Below are positions 50,139 to 63,300 of a stretch of 64,000 bases of DNA, piece by piece (position 1 is the first letter of the stretch; every line of letters starts with the position of its first letter). Location of the stretch: IMG/VR virus record IMGVR_UViG_2721755712_000001; one strand, written 5' to 3'. Origin of the DNA: a virus (Duplodnaviria; Heunggongvirae; Uroviricota; Caudoviricetes). The notes under the pieces were generated by a model that was given only the letters and a program-made list of their open reading frames with translations, did not search any database and was not told where the DNA came from. A program made the translations under genes and the position numbers.

Positions 50139-51317
50139 TCATAGAGCCTTAATGCCCAAAACCTTGCTTTGTAACTCCAACTGCTTGGTATACGGTTTTG
50201 CCCGATAATAGGCTTTGATGATTTGCTCTGGCGTTGCATCGCCCGGGTCGAGTCCTTCCTCGCCCAAACACGCCACTTTGACATTAAGACCAATACTGGT
50301 CAGTCGCCTGGCTGCGGCCATCGTATTACGTATAGCTTGCTTTTCACTATCCCACATCATGATCACATTACGTAACCCACGCGCCTTGAGCGTCAGGAAC
50401 GCGCCTAACTGATCTTCTGCATCCTGAGTGGTGTTACCAGATAGATGCATCCCGAACGTTCCTATTGGTTCCACGTAATCACGTAATGTTTCTTCGTCAA
50501 AAATAGCTCGTTTAACCCCCATAACATCGAACGCCCCCTCACAGACAACTACAGTCTGTTTGCCGACTGCATTATGGCCGTTGTAGAGAAACTTACCTGA
50601 AGCTGGAAGCTGCATAGGAAAGAGGTAGCGGCGTTCTGCTGTACCGGTAATGTCTCGTCCCTGAAATGTCTTCATTACCCCATCCAGATCGTAAACCGGT
50701 ATCAGTATTCGCATATCGAATATCTGTCCTTTAACCTGATCTGTATACGGATCTACATAGGCGTGCTTACCTTCGACGCAGTATCGTAGGTCAAAATACT
50801 TTGCCATTTCAGGCGATATGTTTCGTTCAACCAGATAGTCTGGAAGACGGCCATCTATAGGAAGTTCGTAATGACGAGGGAGTGCAAGTGGTCCCTCTAA
50901 CTCGACTGTGCTTGCAAGCACTATCTCTTCTTTCTTTGGTGCCCACCCCTGGGAAAGAAGGGCGTTCTGCACATATTCCTCGAACTGTCGTCGTGATTTG
51001 CCGCTGTAGTGCTTGAGGAAGACCAGCTTATTGAACTGAATCTCTTCGGGATGATCACCAGCGAAGCATTTACCGACGCCACTGGTCAGATTGAAATATA
51101 CCTTCCAGTTGGAGCTGCCGCATACCGGACACTCCTTGATATTCACTTCACGACCGCGAGCACTCACGCCTCCACGTCGATAAACGATACCTTCAGTGTC
51201 CAACCATTGTTCAAAATCTAATTCGGTAATTAGCTCTTTCAGCTCGCTCACGATAATTCCACTTTTAATAGGCAATATTGTGACCAACCTAAATGTTGAT
51301 ATAACATAAAGGCTCAT
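50139..51317 (-). CDS. DNA primase (zinc ribbon plus TOPRIM)
   Basis: CPVCGSS...C zinc ribbon; TOPRIM-like VVVCEGAFDVMG and MMWDSE; start moved to ATG with AAAAGAAAAACAC-ATG context. Confidence 0.7.
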   Translation of the reverse strand: MSLYVISTFRLVTILPIKSGIIVSELKELITELDFEQWLDTEGIVYRRGGVSARGREVNIKECPVCGSSNWKVYFNLTSGVGKCFAGDHPEEIQFNKLVFLKHYSGKSRRQFEEYVQNALLSQGWAPKKEEIVLASTVELEGPLALPRHYELPIDGRLPDYLVERNISPEMAKYFDLRYCVEGKHAYVDPYTDQVKGQIFDMRILIPVYDLDGVMKTFQGRDITGTAERRYLFPMQLPASGKFLYNGHNAVGKQTVVVCEGAFDVMGVKRAIFDEETLRDYVEPIGTFGMHLSGNTTQDAEDQLGAFLTLKARGLRNVIMMWDSEKQAIRNTMAAARRLTSIGLNVKVACLGEEGLDPGDATPEQIIKAYYRAKPYTKQLELQSKVLGIKAL

Positions 51318-51398
51318 GTGTTTTTCTTTTGTGGTTTGGCAAAAGAAAAGTTGTTTCACCAATGAATCAAGCGTGGAGGTGTTCTCCACGCTTATTTT

Positions 51399-52739
51399 TT
51401 AGGTAACGTCTAAGATTCGCTCAATGAAGCGCATTTGTTCGAGGTTTTGTTTAACGCGAATGCTGATCCCTCCCTGCTGGTTACGTGAACCAGCAAAGTA
51501 GAGACGAGCCTCTCCTTTCGCTTCTTCTTCTTCTGTTTTGTTGATCGTTATTACCAGGTCAGCAATACGTACTTTTTCGATGTTGTCGGCAGCGTGCATC
51601 ATTGTGGCAACTTCTGACGCGCCACCTTCACGGTTTGTTTGCGATGCTGTGATACCAGCAACGTTGTGTTTGTCATAAAGAGCACGTAAGTCGGTATAGA
51701 TACTACGTATGTTGGCGCGATCATCACGAAGGTCATAACTGGCACGCATCAAATCTGCATAGTCGACAACAACCATGTCAGGCACCATGCCATTGGCTTT
51801 CATGCTGTTAAGCATACGATCCAGATCTGCCGGTGACATACTTCCTGACGGACGCTCAACAACCCACAAACTACCAATCCCCTTCGTGGCTCCCAACTCT
51901 GCCAACTTACGATGAACCTCATCGCGCCGTTCCACCAGCTTGGACATTTCTGTCTCCGACAATCTTGCATCAAAACGGTCGGATAAAATGGTGGTGTGAA
52001 CCTCCAGCGAGAGATACAGAACATTGTAGCCAGCAAGCGTTGCGTTTATGGAAAACTCACCCATTGCGGTCGATTTACCGGATTTAGCGAACCCCATGAA
52101 GAGCACCATTTCACGCTTCGCCCAGCCTTTTTGGTACAGCAACCTATCGAGCAGAGGGAGTCCAGTTGTAATGCTGTTTGGCACATACTCCTCTGAAGCC
52201 TCATATTCACGCGCTTTCAATCGCTCACTTGCGGAGGTGTAGTAGTCATAGATTCCGGTCGCTTCGTTCGATCCAATCTGCTGAACCTTGGCCATGATTG
52301 CCATCGCCCCCTGAAAGTCGCCCTTCTCTTTCAGTTCAGCAGCCTTAATCAGAGCATCATCAAACGCTACGCTTTTTGCGAAGGTTGATACCTGGTCAAC
52401 CATGTACGAGGTATCAGACAATTTTTCTGCAAGGATGCGCTTAAACGCAGCAACAACATCGGCGAATAGTTCCTCACGGATAGTCTTATCGCGTTTCGCA
52501 CGCTTAAGCATATCCAGAATCGCAGATGAAGAGGGCGCGCTCTTGTACATACGGTAATAGCCCGAAACCATATTAACCAATATGGCATTGGCCGCATTGG
52601 CAAATTGGCTAGGTACAACCAGATCTCCAGCACGAGTAAGAAACTCGTGATCACGACAAAAATAGGCCGTCAATCTGTTCTGAAAATCTTCATCAAACTC
52701 TTCGGACAGCCCGCGTCCTGTATGGCAAAGTTCGGTCAT
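51399..52739 (-). CDS. DnaB-like replicative helicase
   Basis: Walker A GFAKSGKST in C-terminal RecA-like domain; motif A upstream. Confidence 0.75.
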   Translation of the reverse strand: MTELCHTGRGLSEEFDEDFQNRLTAYFCRDHEFLTRAGDLVVPSQFANAANAILVNMVSGYYRMYKSAPSSSAILDMLKRAKRDKTIREELFADVVAAFKRILAEKLSDTSYMVDQVSTFAKSVAFDDALIKAAELKEKGDFQGAMAIMAKVQQIGSNEATGIYDYYTSASERLKAREYEASEEYVPNSITTGLPLLDRLLYQKGWAKREMVLFMGFAKSGKSTAMGEFSINATLAGYNVLYLSLEVHTTILSDRFDARLSETEMSKLVERRDEVHRKLAELGATKGIGSLWVVERPSGSMSPADLDRMLNSMKANGMVPDMVVVDYADLMRASYDLRDDRANIRSIYTDLRALYDKHNVAGITASQTNREGGASEVATMMHAADNIEKVRIADLVITINKTEEEEAKGEARLYFAGSRNQQGGISIRVKQNLEQMRFIERILDVT

Positions 52740-52782
52740 GTGCTTTCCTTTGTTTTTTAAACAAATTGTTTTCTAGTATTAG

Positions 52783-55071
<2,289 letters not shown>

Positions 55072-55491
55072 CCGTCGTGCAGCTGCGGAAAGAACGGTGG
55101 AGATAAAGTAGTCGTATGAGCAGCAATAGCGGTCAGCAAACTGGCGTGCTTTCCATAGAGACGTTTTATTGGCAGTCGACAACTCCTGATAAGGCAGGCG
55201 TTTTAACCCGGTGGTGAACGGAGCTGTTTCAAAGTGTTCGCGACCGTGCGTCAGCATGATATTTGAGTACTGACGTTTGTATGCCTCCGTAAAAAGACAG
55301 GTGGCCATGAGAGGATGCATGTCGCGGTAATCAAACCACTTCGTCTCGAAGAGTTCAGCCTCATCTTTACAGCGCGACAAACCAATGTTTTCAGCAACCC
55401 ACTTGTCCATAACAGCGGTATTCCACTCTGTCATGAAGTCGTACTGGTTGTTGTCGATGGTATCGAAAAAGATTTGGCTCATGTGGCTCAC
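55072..55491 (-). pseudogene. 5' fragment of gene split by IS insertion
   Basis: Track ORF 55015..55491 reads across the IS boundary at codon 141. Confidence 0.7.
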
Positions 55492-55598
55492 CTGGTAGGT
55501 AGTTACTTACTTATCACGATGAGCGGATGATAGCGACTGGTGGCAGTTTTTGGAAGTGGAAACGGAAGGGAGTTGTTCTGGTGGTGTCTTTTAAAAGA

Positions 55599-55653
55599 CC
55601 TGCTTCCGTATATATTTAATAAGTTACTTATTATTTATATATACAGAAGCAGG
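55599..55653. repeat. long hairpin element, copy 2 (CCTGCTTCCGTATATA / TATATACAGAAGCAGG)
   Basis: Same stem and same C/T mismatch as 5323..5381. Confidence 0.7.
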
Positions 55654-55764
55654 CATAACTTGTCGTCTTAGACGCCCAGAAGCTCTACACTTTGAGCCTG
55701 TTAAATTGATTAAAAACTTATGTGTAAAATAGAACGCATTAGTCAGTAGCAAAGAGATGCAATA

Positions 55765-56532
55765 ATGGACGATTTATCGGTATACGCGAGATCATTGGAT
55801 AAGGCTAAATACTATGTTTACTGCCTCTATGATACAGAAGACAAGATGAAAAGACCGTTTTACATAGGAAAAGGCAAATCGACTCGTTGTCTCGATCACA
55901 TCAAGTATCCCGATGACTCTCCCAAATCCATGCGGATCAAAGAACTTTTGGCTAATAAAAAATTAGGCATAGATATTCTTCGTCATGGTATGGATGAAAC
56001 CACAGCCAAACTTGTTGAGGCGACATGCATCGACCTTATGGGGGTCGGAGAGCTTACGAATAAGGTACGAGGAAGTGGTTCCATGATGGGCAGAATATCA
56101 CTGGACGCCTACCATCACTTAGTGCTGCAAGAGGAAACTGAAATTGCTCCTGAGCACGCCGGTCTTGCCTTCCTGCTAAACAGCACCTACAAGTCAGGAA
56201 TGTCCGCTCTGGCATTATATGAAGCTACGCGTGGCGTATGGGCAAAGGTTCCAAGAGACGAGAATCTCAAATATGCCTACGCTACATATGGTGGGCTAAT
56301 AATGGAAGTTTATCAGATTGAATGCTGGGTCAAAGCCGGTTCTCAGCAGTACTTTACAAGGGATATAGCTCTTGGCCCCGACACAAAACGTTATGAATTT
56401 GTTGGCAGAATAGCCGATGAGCATATTAGAAAACTGTATGTAGGCAAATTAATCAAGAAGCCACCAAGCTACGGTAGCCCTTTTGTGAAGGTTGGGGTGG
56501 TTAGGACTGAACATAGTGTTAGCGCGGCATAA
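55765..56532 (+). CDS. GIY-YIG nuclease domain protein (free-standing homing-endonuclease-like)
   Basis: YYVYCLYD...RPFYIGKGKSTRCLDH at N-terminus; 255 aa. Confidence 0.5.
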   Translation: MDDLSVYARSLDKAKYYVYCLYDTEDKMKRPFYIGKGKSTRCLDHIKYPDDSPKSMRIKELLANKKLGIDILRHGMDETTAKLVEATCIDLMGVGELTNKVRGSGSMMGRISLDAYHHLVLQEETEIAPEHAGLAFLLNSTYKSGMSALALYEATRGVWAKVPRDENLKYAYATYGGLIMEVYQIECWVKAGSQQYFTRDIALGPDTKRYEFVGRIADEHIRKLYVGKLIKKPPSYGSPFVKVGVVRTEHSVSAA

Positions 56533-56584
56533 AGCTGACACTGTAGTTATGCATTGGCGCAATGTACGCGCCAATGCATAATTT

Positions 56585-56944
56585 TTAACCTTTCTTCATC
56601 AACTCTCGTTTGATTTCATCGGTACGCATCGTGACATCGGCAGCGGTGATCGCCTCATTCAATTTCACGATGTCCTCGATTTCCTGCGGTGACTTCTCTG
56701 CCAGATGGAAAATGGCTGCTCGAATCACGTCAGAACGAGTGAACTTCTCGAAGCGAGGGATGAACTTCATCATCTCCAGCAGTTCGAAGTATTCGTCCTC
56801 CAGTGACATTGTGCGGCTTTTAATTTTCTCTTTGCCACGAGTCGGGCGTCCCTGTGGTCTGACTGGTTGGCGCAAAGGAGTTGTGTTCTTAGCCGGTGCA
56901 TCAGGCTCTTTGCGCTTTGCTAGGTCACCCATTTTCATGGACAT
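56585..56944 (-). CDS. small partition partner (ParB/ParG-like)
   Basis: 119 aa, basic N-terminus, immediately downstream of parA with overlapping stop/start. Confidence 0.45.
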   Translation of the reverse strand: MSMKMGDLAKRKEPDAPAKNTTPLRQPVRPQGRPTRGKEKIKSRTMSLEDEYFELLEMMKFIPRFEKFTRSDVIRAAIFHLAEKSPQEIEDIVKLNEAITAADVTMRTDEIKRELMKKG

Positions 56945-57612
56945 TATTCTTCTTCCTCCAGACTCAACAGATAATCTACAAATTCTTCAAACTCGGCTTC
57001 CGCCTTTTTGTCGCGCTCGCTACCGGTCATTTCAAAGATAGAACGACCAGACTCTTCCGCATCATCATAGACGTTGCGGTTATATAGATTGACTGGCGCA
57101 GACTCGATTCCAAACGTCTCAACAATCTCTTTAGCCGCCAGAATGCGAGACACTTGTGATGGCAAAGCCGGGCACTGGTTCATGACCGCGCGGACCTTCA
57201 CTTTATCGTTTACATTGCGAACATTGTCGATAATAGGATCGATGTCACGTAAAGATTTCAAATCACGACGCTTAGGACGCAGCGGGATAATGATAACGTC
57301 AGCCATCAGCATCGCTTGTCGCTGAATTTCGGAGTCGAAGCCACCAGCATCTACCACTACAAACTCAGCTCTACCCTGAAGCGATTTTAGGTGCTTAATG
57401 ATGTCATCCTGAACGTATGCAAAAGGAATCAGCTCAAGGTCTTCGTTCTGTCGACGGTCTTCACACCAGCTCGTTGTCGTGCGCTGAATATCTATATCGG
57501 TAATATAAACCTTCTTCTTCTTTTTGACTTTCAGGCAAACGGCAATTTGCTGGGCAACGGTGGATTTGCCAGGCCCGCCCTTTGTGCCGCCAACCACAAA
57601 GATCTTGGTCAT
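56944..57612 (-). CDS. parA: ParA-family partition ATPase
   Basis: Deviant Walker A VVGGTKGGPGKST; 222 aa. Confidence 0.8.
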   Translation of the reverse strand: MTKIFVVGGTKGGPGKSTVAQQIAVCLKVKKKKKVYITDIDIQRTTTSWCEDRRQNEDLELIPFAYVQDDIIKHLKSLQGRAEFVVVDAGGFDSEIQRQAMLMADVIIIPLRPKRRDLKSLRDIDPIIDNVRNVNDKVKVRAVMNQCPALPSQVSRILAAKEIVETFGIESAPVNLYNRNVYDDAEESGRSIFEMTGSERDKKAEAEFEEFVDYLLSLEEEE

Positions 57613-57635
57613 TGGAGAGTTCCCTTTGCGTATAT

Positions 57636-57655
57636 AATTATCGTCTGAAACAACT
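57636..57655 (-). promoter_or_regulatory. motif A upstream of parA
   Basis: TGAAACAACTTGTTTTCTTA, followed by ATAATTATATA before the parA start. Confidence 0.5.
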
Positions 57656-57930
57656 TGTTTTCTTATATGTGATATAGCCTAAATGCCTACGGCTGCGGTG
57701 TAAAGGTTAAATGGTAGGTTGTGATTAACAATTGGCAATCATAGCTTGTATTTGTCTGTTGAAAAAAGTAACAATGACCTCTATATTACAAGTACGGTGA
57801 TATGCCGTACACAATTTGATAATGCACACGTAATGGGCTATAGCCTTTTAAAGTAATTTTTGAGTCGAAAACTCAGTTTGAACAGAGGAGATTGATGGCC
57901 TTCCTACATCACGGCCATCAGGAGGAATAC

Positions 57931-58200
57931 ATGTCAGCACTAAAAAAGCAGCGCATCGATTTGAGATTAACCGATGACGATAAAAGCATCATCGAGGAAG
58001 CTGCCGCAATGTCTAACCAGAGCATTACTCAGTTTATGGTTAGCAGTGCATCTGAACGTGCCGTGAAAGTTATAGAGCAACACCGTAGACTAGTTCTGAA
58101 TGAAGAATCCTGGAATCTGGTTATGGACGCTATAAGCAATCCTCCGGCACCGAACGACAAGCTGAAACGAGCTGCTGATCGTCTGAAAAGCATGGAGTAG
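57931..58200 (+). CDS. DUF1778/RHH antitoxin (TacA-like)
   Basis: Start moved to ATG after GGAGGAA; small basic protein directly upstream of GNAT toxin. Confidence 0.65.
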   Translation: MSALKKQRIDLRLTDDDKSIIEEAAAMSNQSITQFMVSSASERAVKVIEQHRRLVLNEESWNLVMDAISNPPAPNDKLKRAADRLKSME

Positions 58201-58207
58201 TTTACTC

Positions 58208-58729
58208 GTGAGCAATACAACGATAGAGATTTTCTCTGGAGAGAAAGATTATGATCTAAACGGTTTTGATTGCGGCGAAGAGTCACTAAACGCCTTTTTA
58301 GCCAACCACTTAAAAAGGCAGCATGAGGGAAAAATTCTTCGTGCTTATGTGCTTTGCACTCAAGAAGAAAGGCCAAAAGTGTTAGGATATTACACTTTGT
58401 CAGGTAGTTGTTTTGAAAAGGAGTCCTTACCTTCAAGAAGCAAACAAAAGAAGGTTCCTTATCGGAATGTTCCAAGTGTCACTTTGGGTAGGCTGGCTTT
58501 GGACAAGTCCCTTCAAGGTCAAGGATTTGGCTCAATGCTTGTAACACATGCAATGCGCGTTGTGTACAATGCATCTCTTGCTGTAGGCATTCATGGGCTT
58601 TTCGTTGAGGCGTTAAATGACAAAGCCAAGGCGTTTTATAAAAGTTTAGGCTTTATCCAGCTGGTTGGTAACAACGAGCGTTCTTTGTTCTATCCTACAA
58701 AATCTATCGAAAAATTGTTCGAAGAATAA
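58208..58729 (+). CDS. GNAT acetyltransferase toxin (TacT-like)
   Basis: GNAT acetyl-CoA fold Q..G.G..L; GTG start 8 nt after antitoxin stop. Confidence 0.7.
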   Translation: MSNTTIEIFSGEKDYDLNGFDCGEESLNAFLANHLKRQHEGKILRAYVLCTQEERPKVLGYYTLSGSCFEKESLPSRSKQKKVPYRNVPSVTLGRLALDKSLQGQGFGSMLVTHAMRVVYNASLAVGIHGLFVEALNDKAKAFYKSLGFIQLVGNNERSLFYPTKSIEKLFEE

Positions 58730-58761
58730 TGTGTTCCCCTCATTTGAGGGGAACTTCGACA

Positions 58762-58977
58762 TCACCAACCACAAACCCTCTCTCCCATCGTATTGTGAAA
58801 AAGGATTTGGCGTTCGGTTTCTTCAGTCATTACATCATTATTGCTGATATAGATAGGCTCAGCCCCATCGCAGAACAACACGCTGGCTGTTTGTGGTTTA
58901 ATGACGCACCCACTTATCATACAACTCACGATGAACGGCAGAAGCATCTTTCTGACGTATTTTACTGCTCGTCTCAT
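58762..58977 (-). CDS. lipoprotein, candidate o-spanin
   Basis: Lipobox ISGC; overlaps the adjacent gene in another frame. Confidence 0.35.
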   Translation of the reverse strand: MRRAVKYVRKMLLPFIVSCMISGCVIKPQTASVLFCDGAEPIYISNNDVMTEETERQILFHNTMGERVCGW

Positions 58978-59149
58978 TCACCACTTTCACTGTGTTTTGA
59001 AGTCGTTTTCTGTCTTCCTGTTTTGCCTTCTCTTCCATTGCTCGTCGCGCCGCATTCCCGCCCATCGTGTAAGCGCCGACAAGAACGAAAAGAACGGCAG
59101 CCAGCGTAATCAAAGCAACTTTTAGCTTTGTCATCAGGCTGCCTAGCAT
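58898..59149 (-). CDS. membrane protein, candidate i-spanin
   Basis: N-terminal TM helix then charged helical region. Confidence 0.35.
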   Translation of the reverse strand: MLGSLMTKLKVALITLAAVLFVLVGAYTMGGNAARRAMEEKAKQEDRKRLQNTVKVVNETSSKIRQKDASAVHRELYDKWVRH

Positions 59150-59150
59150 A

Positions 59151-59870
59151 TTAGACCATCCCTTTCTGGTGTTTTCTTACCTGCGACCAGGCAATGAATC
59201 CTGCCACAACAATAGTGGCAATACCGAAGATGATGCGTACTGTATCCCCGCTAGAGATATGACCTTGTGCTTTATCCATAGCAGCGGAAACCTGCGGCAT
59301 AACATCGGCCAGCTGCGCCAGACCAATACCTGCTGTAACAGTTGCGCCTGCGGTTTCTTTAGTTACAGGAACAGCCTTCACGGTTTTCACCGGCTTAACA
59401 ACGCCAGCTCGACGCAGACCTTCCTCAATAACTTCTGCCGCATACCAGGTGTTCAGCGTTTTTAGCGGGCCTCGGCCATTCTCGTGGCGAATGATTGCCT
59501 CAACCAAAGGTCGAAGGATGTCGTAATCATGCAGATCGATGATCATGTCTGCGGTTACACCAACGGCTTTAGACACCTCATTAATGTAGGCGTCAGTATT
59601 GTTTTCATTCGGCGGTGCCCAGCGTTCAATAACTTCACGAATGGTATCGATACTTGTGCCGTCTTTTGCGCGACGTTTGTCGTGGTAGGTAATTAGAGTC
59701 ACCGCCAGCGCACGAATCCCCCAAACAGGGTCTTTAAACGTGCAAAAGCGCGGTTCGTCTGGATTCGCAACCAGACCTTGCCACGGTGATCCTTTATCAA
59801 GATTACCGGGGTTATTATTACGAATGCCTCTCGGAGTCTTCATCCTTGATCTCCTGTTATTGCAGTCCAT
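59151..59870 (-). CDS. putative cell-wall hydrolase with C-terminal membrane anchor
   Basis: Call rests on position in a lysis-like cassette; conserved GIRNNNPGNL; catalytic family not identified. Confidence 0.3.
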   Translation of the reverse strand: MDCNNRRSRMKTPRGIRNNNPGNLDKGSPWQGLVANPDEPRFCTFKDPVWGIRALAVTLITYHDKRRAKDGTSIDTIREVIERWAPPNENNTDAYINEVSKAVGVTADMIIDLHDYDILRPLVEAIIRHENGRGPLKTLNTWYAAEVIEEGLRRAGVVKPVKTVKAVPVTKETAGATVTAGIGLAQLADVMPQVSAAMDKAQGHISSGDTVRIIFGIATIVVAGFIAWSQVRKHQKGMV

Positions 59871-60192
59871 TTTTTACGCCATACGCGGCTAACCCCAAAA
59901 GCAGTGCAGTAATAATGAACGACGTTATTTTAGAAACAATGCCGCCAAAGAACCCACTGGAGATGGAATCTAACCGGTTAAGGAGTTTGTCCAGATTGGA
60001 GTGTTGAATACTATGTTGCGCCGGGGTCATATCACCAAAGTAGGTTTTCAGCTGATCATTGACCTCCTGGCCAATTTCTTCACGTAGCTCTTTACCTAAT
60101 TTACCAACAACCTCCCGAGCAACGATCGCGGCAATACGCTCAACTTGCTCTGTTGTAACGCCCGCCATCTCGTTCGACATGTTTTCCTCCAT
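59857..60192 (-). CDS. membrane protein (holin-like?)
   Basis: 111 aa with single C-terminal TM helix. Confidence 0.3.
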   Translation of the reverse strand: MEENMSNEMAGVTTEQVERIAAIVAREVVGKLGKELREEIGQEVNDQLKTYFGDMTPAQHSIQHSNLDKLLNRLDSISSGFFGGIVSKITSFIITALLLGLAAYGVKNGLQ

Positions 60193-60382
60193 GAAAAGTC
60201 AAATCGGGATGGCGGATTTATATCACATTTCACCCTTTTGTTGTAGGTGTGTACTTACCTATCTATGTATATACCGTTTAACGGCTGTTCAAATTCGTAT
60301 CTAGTAACTCACTAATATATCCCTATGATTGCGGCTGTGAGATCGCATTTTAAACCTCACAGCCATATAAATAATGTCTAAA

Positions 60383-63300
60383 TCAGTTACTTGTTGCCCC
60401 AACAGTACCGGCAAATTTCAGCCATTGACCTGACGGACTTCTATTACTGCGGTAGTGATAAACGAGGATTGCGTTTGTCACTCCACCGTAATCAGCTTTA
60501 TGTGACGTTGTTAAACGAATTGTATAATCACCGTTAGGTAGATTAAAAACTTCGATTATAGATTCTGCTAATTCTACAGCACCAAATCCCGTTATATTGT
60601 TGATACTGCCAGCATTGAATCCCATAGCATCGCCAAAGCCAATCCAATATCTTTTGCTAAACGCCCCATTTGATTTAAGGTGGCTAATGAATGTGGACAA
60701 ACTCATGCCCATATCCCCACCTGAAATAGAGGAAGTTCGCACAGTCATGCTTGGAAGAGCACTGCTCTTCACATAGGAACTTAGAAGATTCGTTACCTCT
60801 GTTTTCGTATAAGCATTAAGGTTAGCCGCAGTCAAAGTAATATCGGCAGAGCCATCAAACGCCACACCAGCAATTTTCCTTGCTGTCTGCAATTTTGTGG
60901 CGGTTGCTGCATTGCCAGTTGTATTCTGATTGCCAGTGGCATTCACACCAGGAATGGAGTCCCTTGATGTATATACCTGCGCCCACGCTGACCATGCCGC
61001 ATCTGTGGTATCTCTTCGTGAGCGAATGAAAACTGGCGCATGTGCACCGCTCGTACCACTCCAGCCAATAAGCAACTCGCCCTCACCAGCAGCACTCGCA
61101 CCTTTCATGTGCAATACGTTGCCATACGTGGTCGGGTAGCTAGTGCTGTACGCCTCGTACATTTGAATGCCAGCAGTGCCTTGAGTAGAGCCGCTTAACG
61201 CCGTAACTCGGCCACGAGATACCAATGTATTAATATTGATATCGCCTGAACCATCAAACTTAACACCATTGATGTTTCTCGCTGTTTGCAACTTCGTAGC
61301 AGTAGCCGCGTTGCCCGTTGTATTCTGATTACCTGCCGTATTTACACCAGGCAAATTTATGTTCGCAGATCCATCGAAGGCCACGCCGCCGATAGTTCTT
61401 GCAGTCTGCAATTTCGTTGCTGTAGCAGCATTTCCTGAAAGACTTGAAATAAATGGATGTGAACAGTAATAACCTCGTCCATTTTTAAAGTCCAAAATTA
61501 TCTGTGCATTCGTACTTTCTGATAAAGGATCAGTTGCCCCCCACTTATAAGTGGTTTGACCAACTGCATAATCAGCCGTTGGAACAATTACGTTCAAGCC
61601 CTCCTCAGCAAATATCTTGATAGGGAATGCTCTGGCTTCAACGTAAAATACACTACACAAATCGTCATCTTTCACACTTGAAATAATCGAGTGTATAGCT
61701 CGCTCAGCAGTAGAATATATTGAGAAAAAACCAGCCGCATATGAACCGCGATCAGACCAACCGCCAGGCATAACAAACCCATTAAATTCACAATTATTCA
61801 TGGCGTATCCGCCAACTGAGGAACCAGTAGTTATCACAACTCGTGAGGCTAATTCATCGGTACTGCCTCTAGATCGGCGAAAGACTATAGGATACCACTT
61901 ACCGCTTACTGCATTTGCAGGCGCTGAAAAAGTGTATTTTCTCATCCCTTTTTTATTGTCTATTTCGCTTTTGCTGTATACGTCAAGGTTCGCAGGAGTC
62001 AGCGTTATGTCCGCAGAACCATCAAACTTAACACCGTTGATTGTACGCGCTGTCTGTAGTTTTGTAGCGGTTGCAGCATTGCCGGTAGTGCTCTGATTAC
62101 CAGCCGTATTAACACCTGGCAAATTAATATTCGCAGTACCATCAAAGCTCACGCCGCCGATAGTTCTTGCCGTCTGAAGTTTTGTAGCAGTTGCAGCATT
62201 ACCAGTGGTGTTCTGATTACCCGTAGTATTTACACCTGGAAGGTTGATATTTGCAGAACCGTCGAAACCAACTCCACCGATAGATCTTGCCGTCTGCAAT
62301 TTCGTTGCTGTACTTGCATTACCATTTAATGTTCCGGTGATACCACCAGTAACAGACAACGGACCTGAAACTGTTCCTCCGGTTGTTGGCAGTGCTCCAA
62401 TATCTAACGGCGTCGGTTTCTGATGTGTGCTATACATCGTATAAACAACACCATCGGTAACGCTGGAAGGCTTACTCGCTGAATATGTTGGCGATGTATA
62501 AATAGAAACTGACGCATTTGCAGTACAATCCCAATGGATATTTACACTCGTCGCATAATTGCCAATTTCAACGTAAATATCATATGTATCGCCGGATGTG
62601 TTGATCCAGGCGAAATTCGCTAATCCGACAGCTGTACGCTTCCACAAAGCACCTGTAATTCCTTTGGGGTTTCCATTGCCTGCTCGTAGAACCAGTTCTG
62701 AAATGCCTGCCTGATGTGGGGAACCGACGTTGTAACCAGCGCCACCAATCAATGCGATGTAAACGATGGAACTCGCTTGTGGCATGGTAACCGTAGCCAG
62801 TTTGAACCACCCTGCCCCGCCAGAGAAAGACATCGTTACTGAATTTAAAGTACCAATATCTTTCGGCGTTAATGTGATATCCGCAGTCAGTGCTTTTCCG
62901 TTAACTTTTCGGTTAGATGGCACCCTGCTATTCGCATTGTCATTGGCTGCTTTAACTGCTTTTGGCGTTGCGGCCAGCGATTCACTGGTGCTGTCGACAG
63001 CACTGCTAAGTTTCACAACACCTTTAGTTGTAAGGCTTGCGTCTTCCATCGCAACTGCACCGGCAATCTCTTCAGCACGATCAGCAGCAGCTTCCGCACG
63101 GGTCGCAGCGGATTCAGCAGCAGTTTTGCTCTGAGATGCTGCCGTCGCACTGCCTGCCGCCTCTGTTGCTTTCGTGGATGCCGTCGTGGCGCTGCCCTTC
63201 GCTGCTGACGCCTGTCTGGTCGCCTCATCTTTTGAAGCAGACGCCGATGATGCCGATGACGCCGCCGAACTGGCGGACGATGCGGCTGCCGTTTTTGAGG

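Noticed and set aside
50139-51389. Track start for primase at 51389
   Set aside because: The first 24 codons run through an intergenic hairpin; an internal ATG with the conserved start context fits better, so start set to 51317
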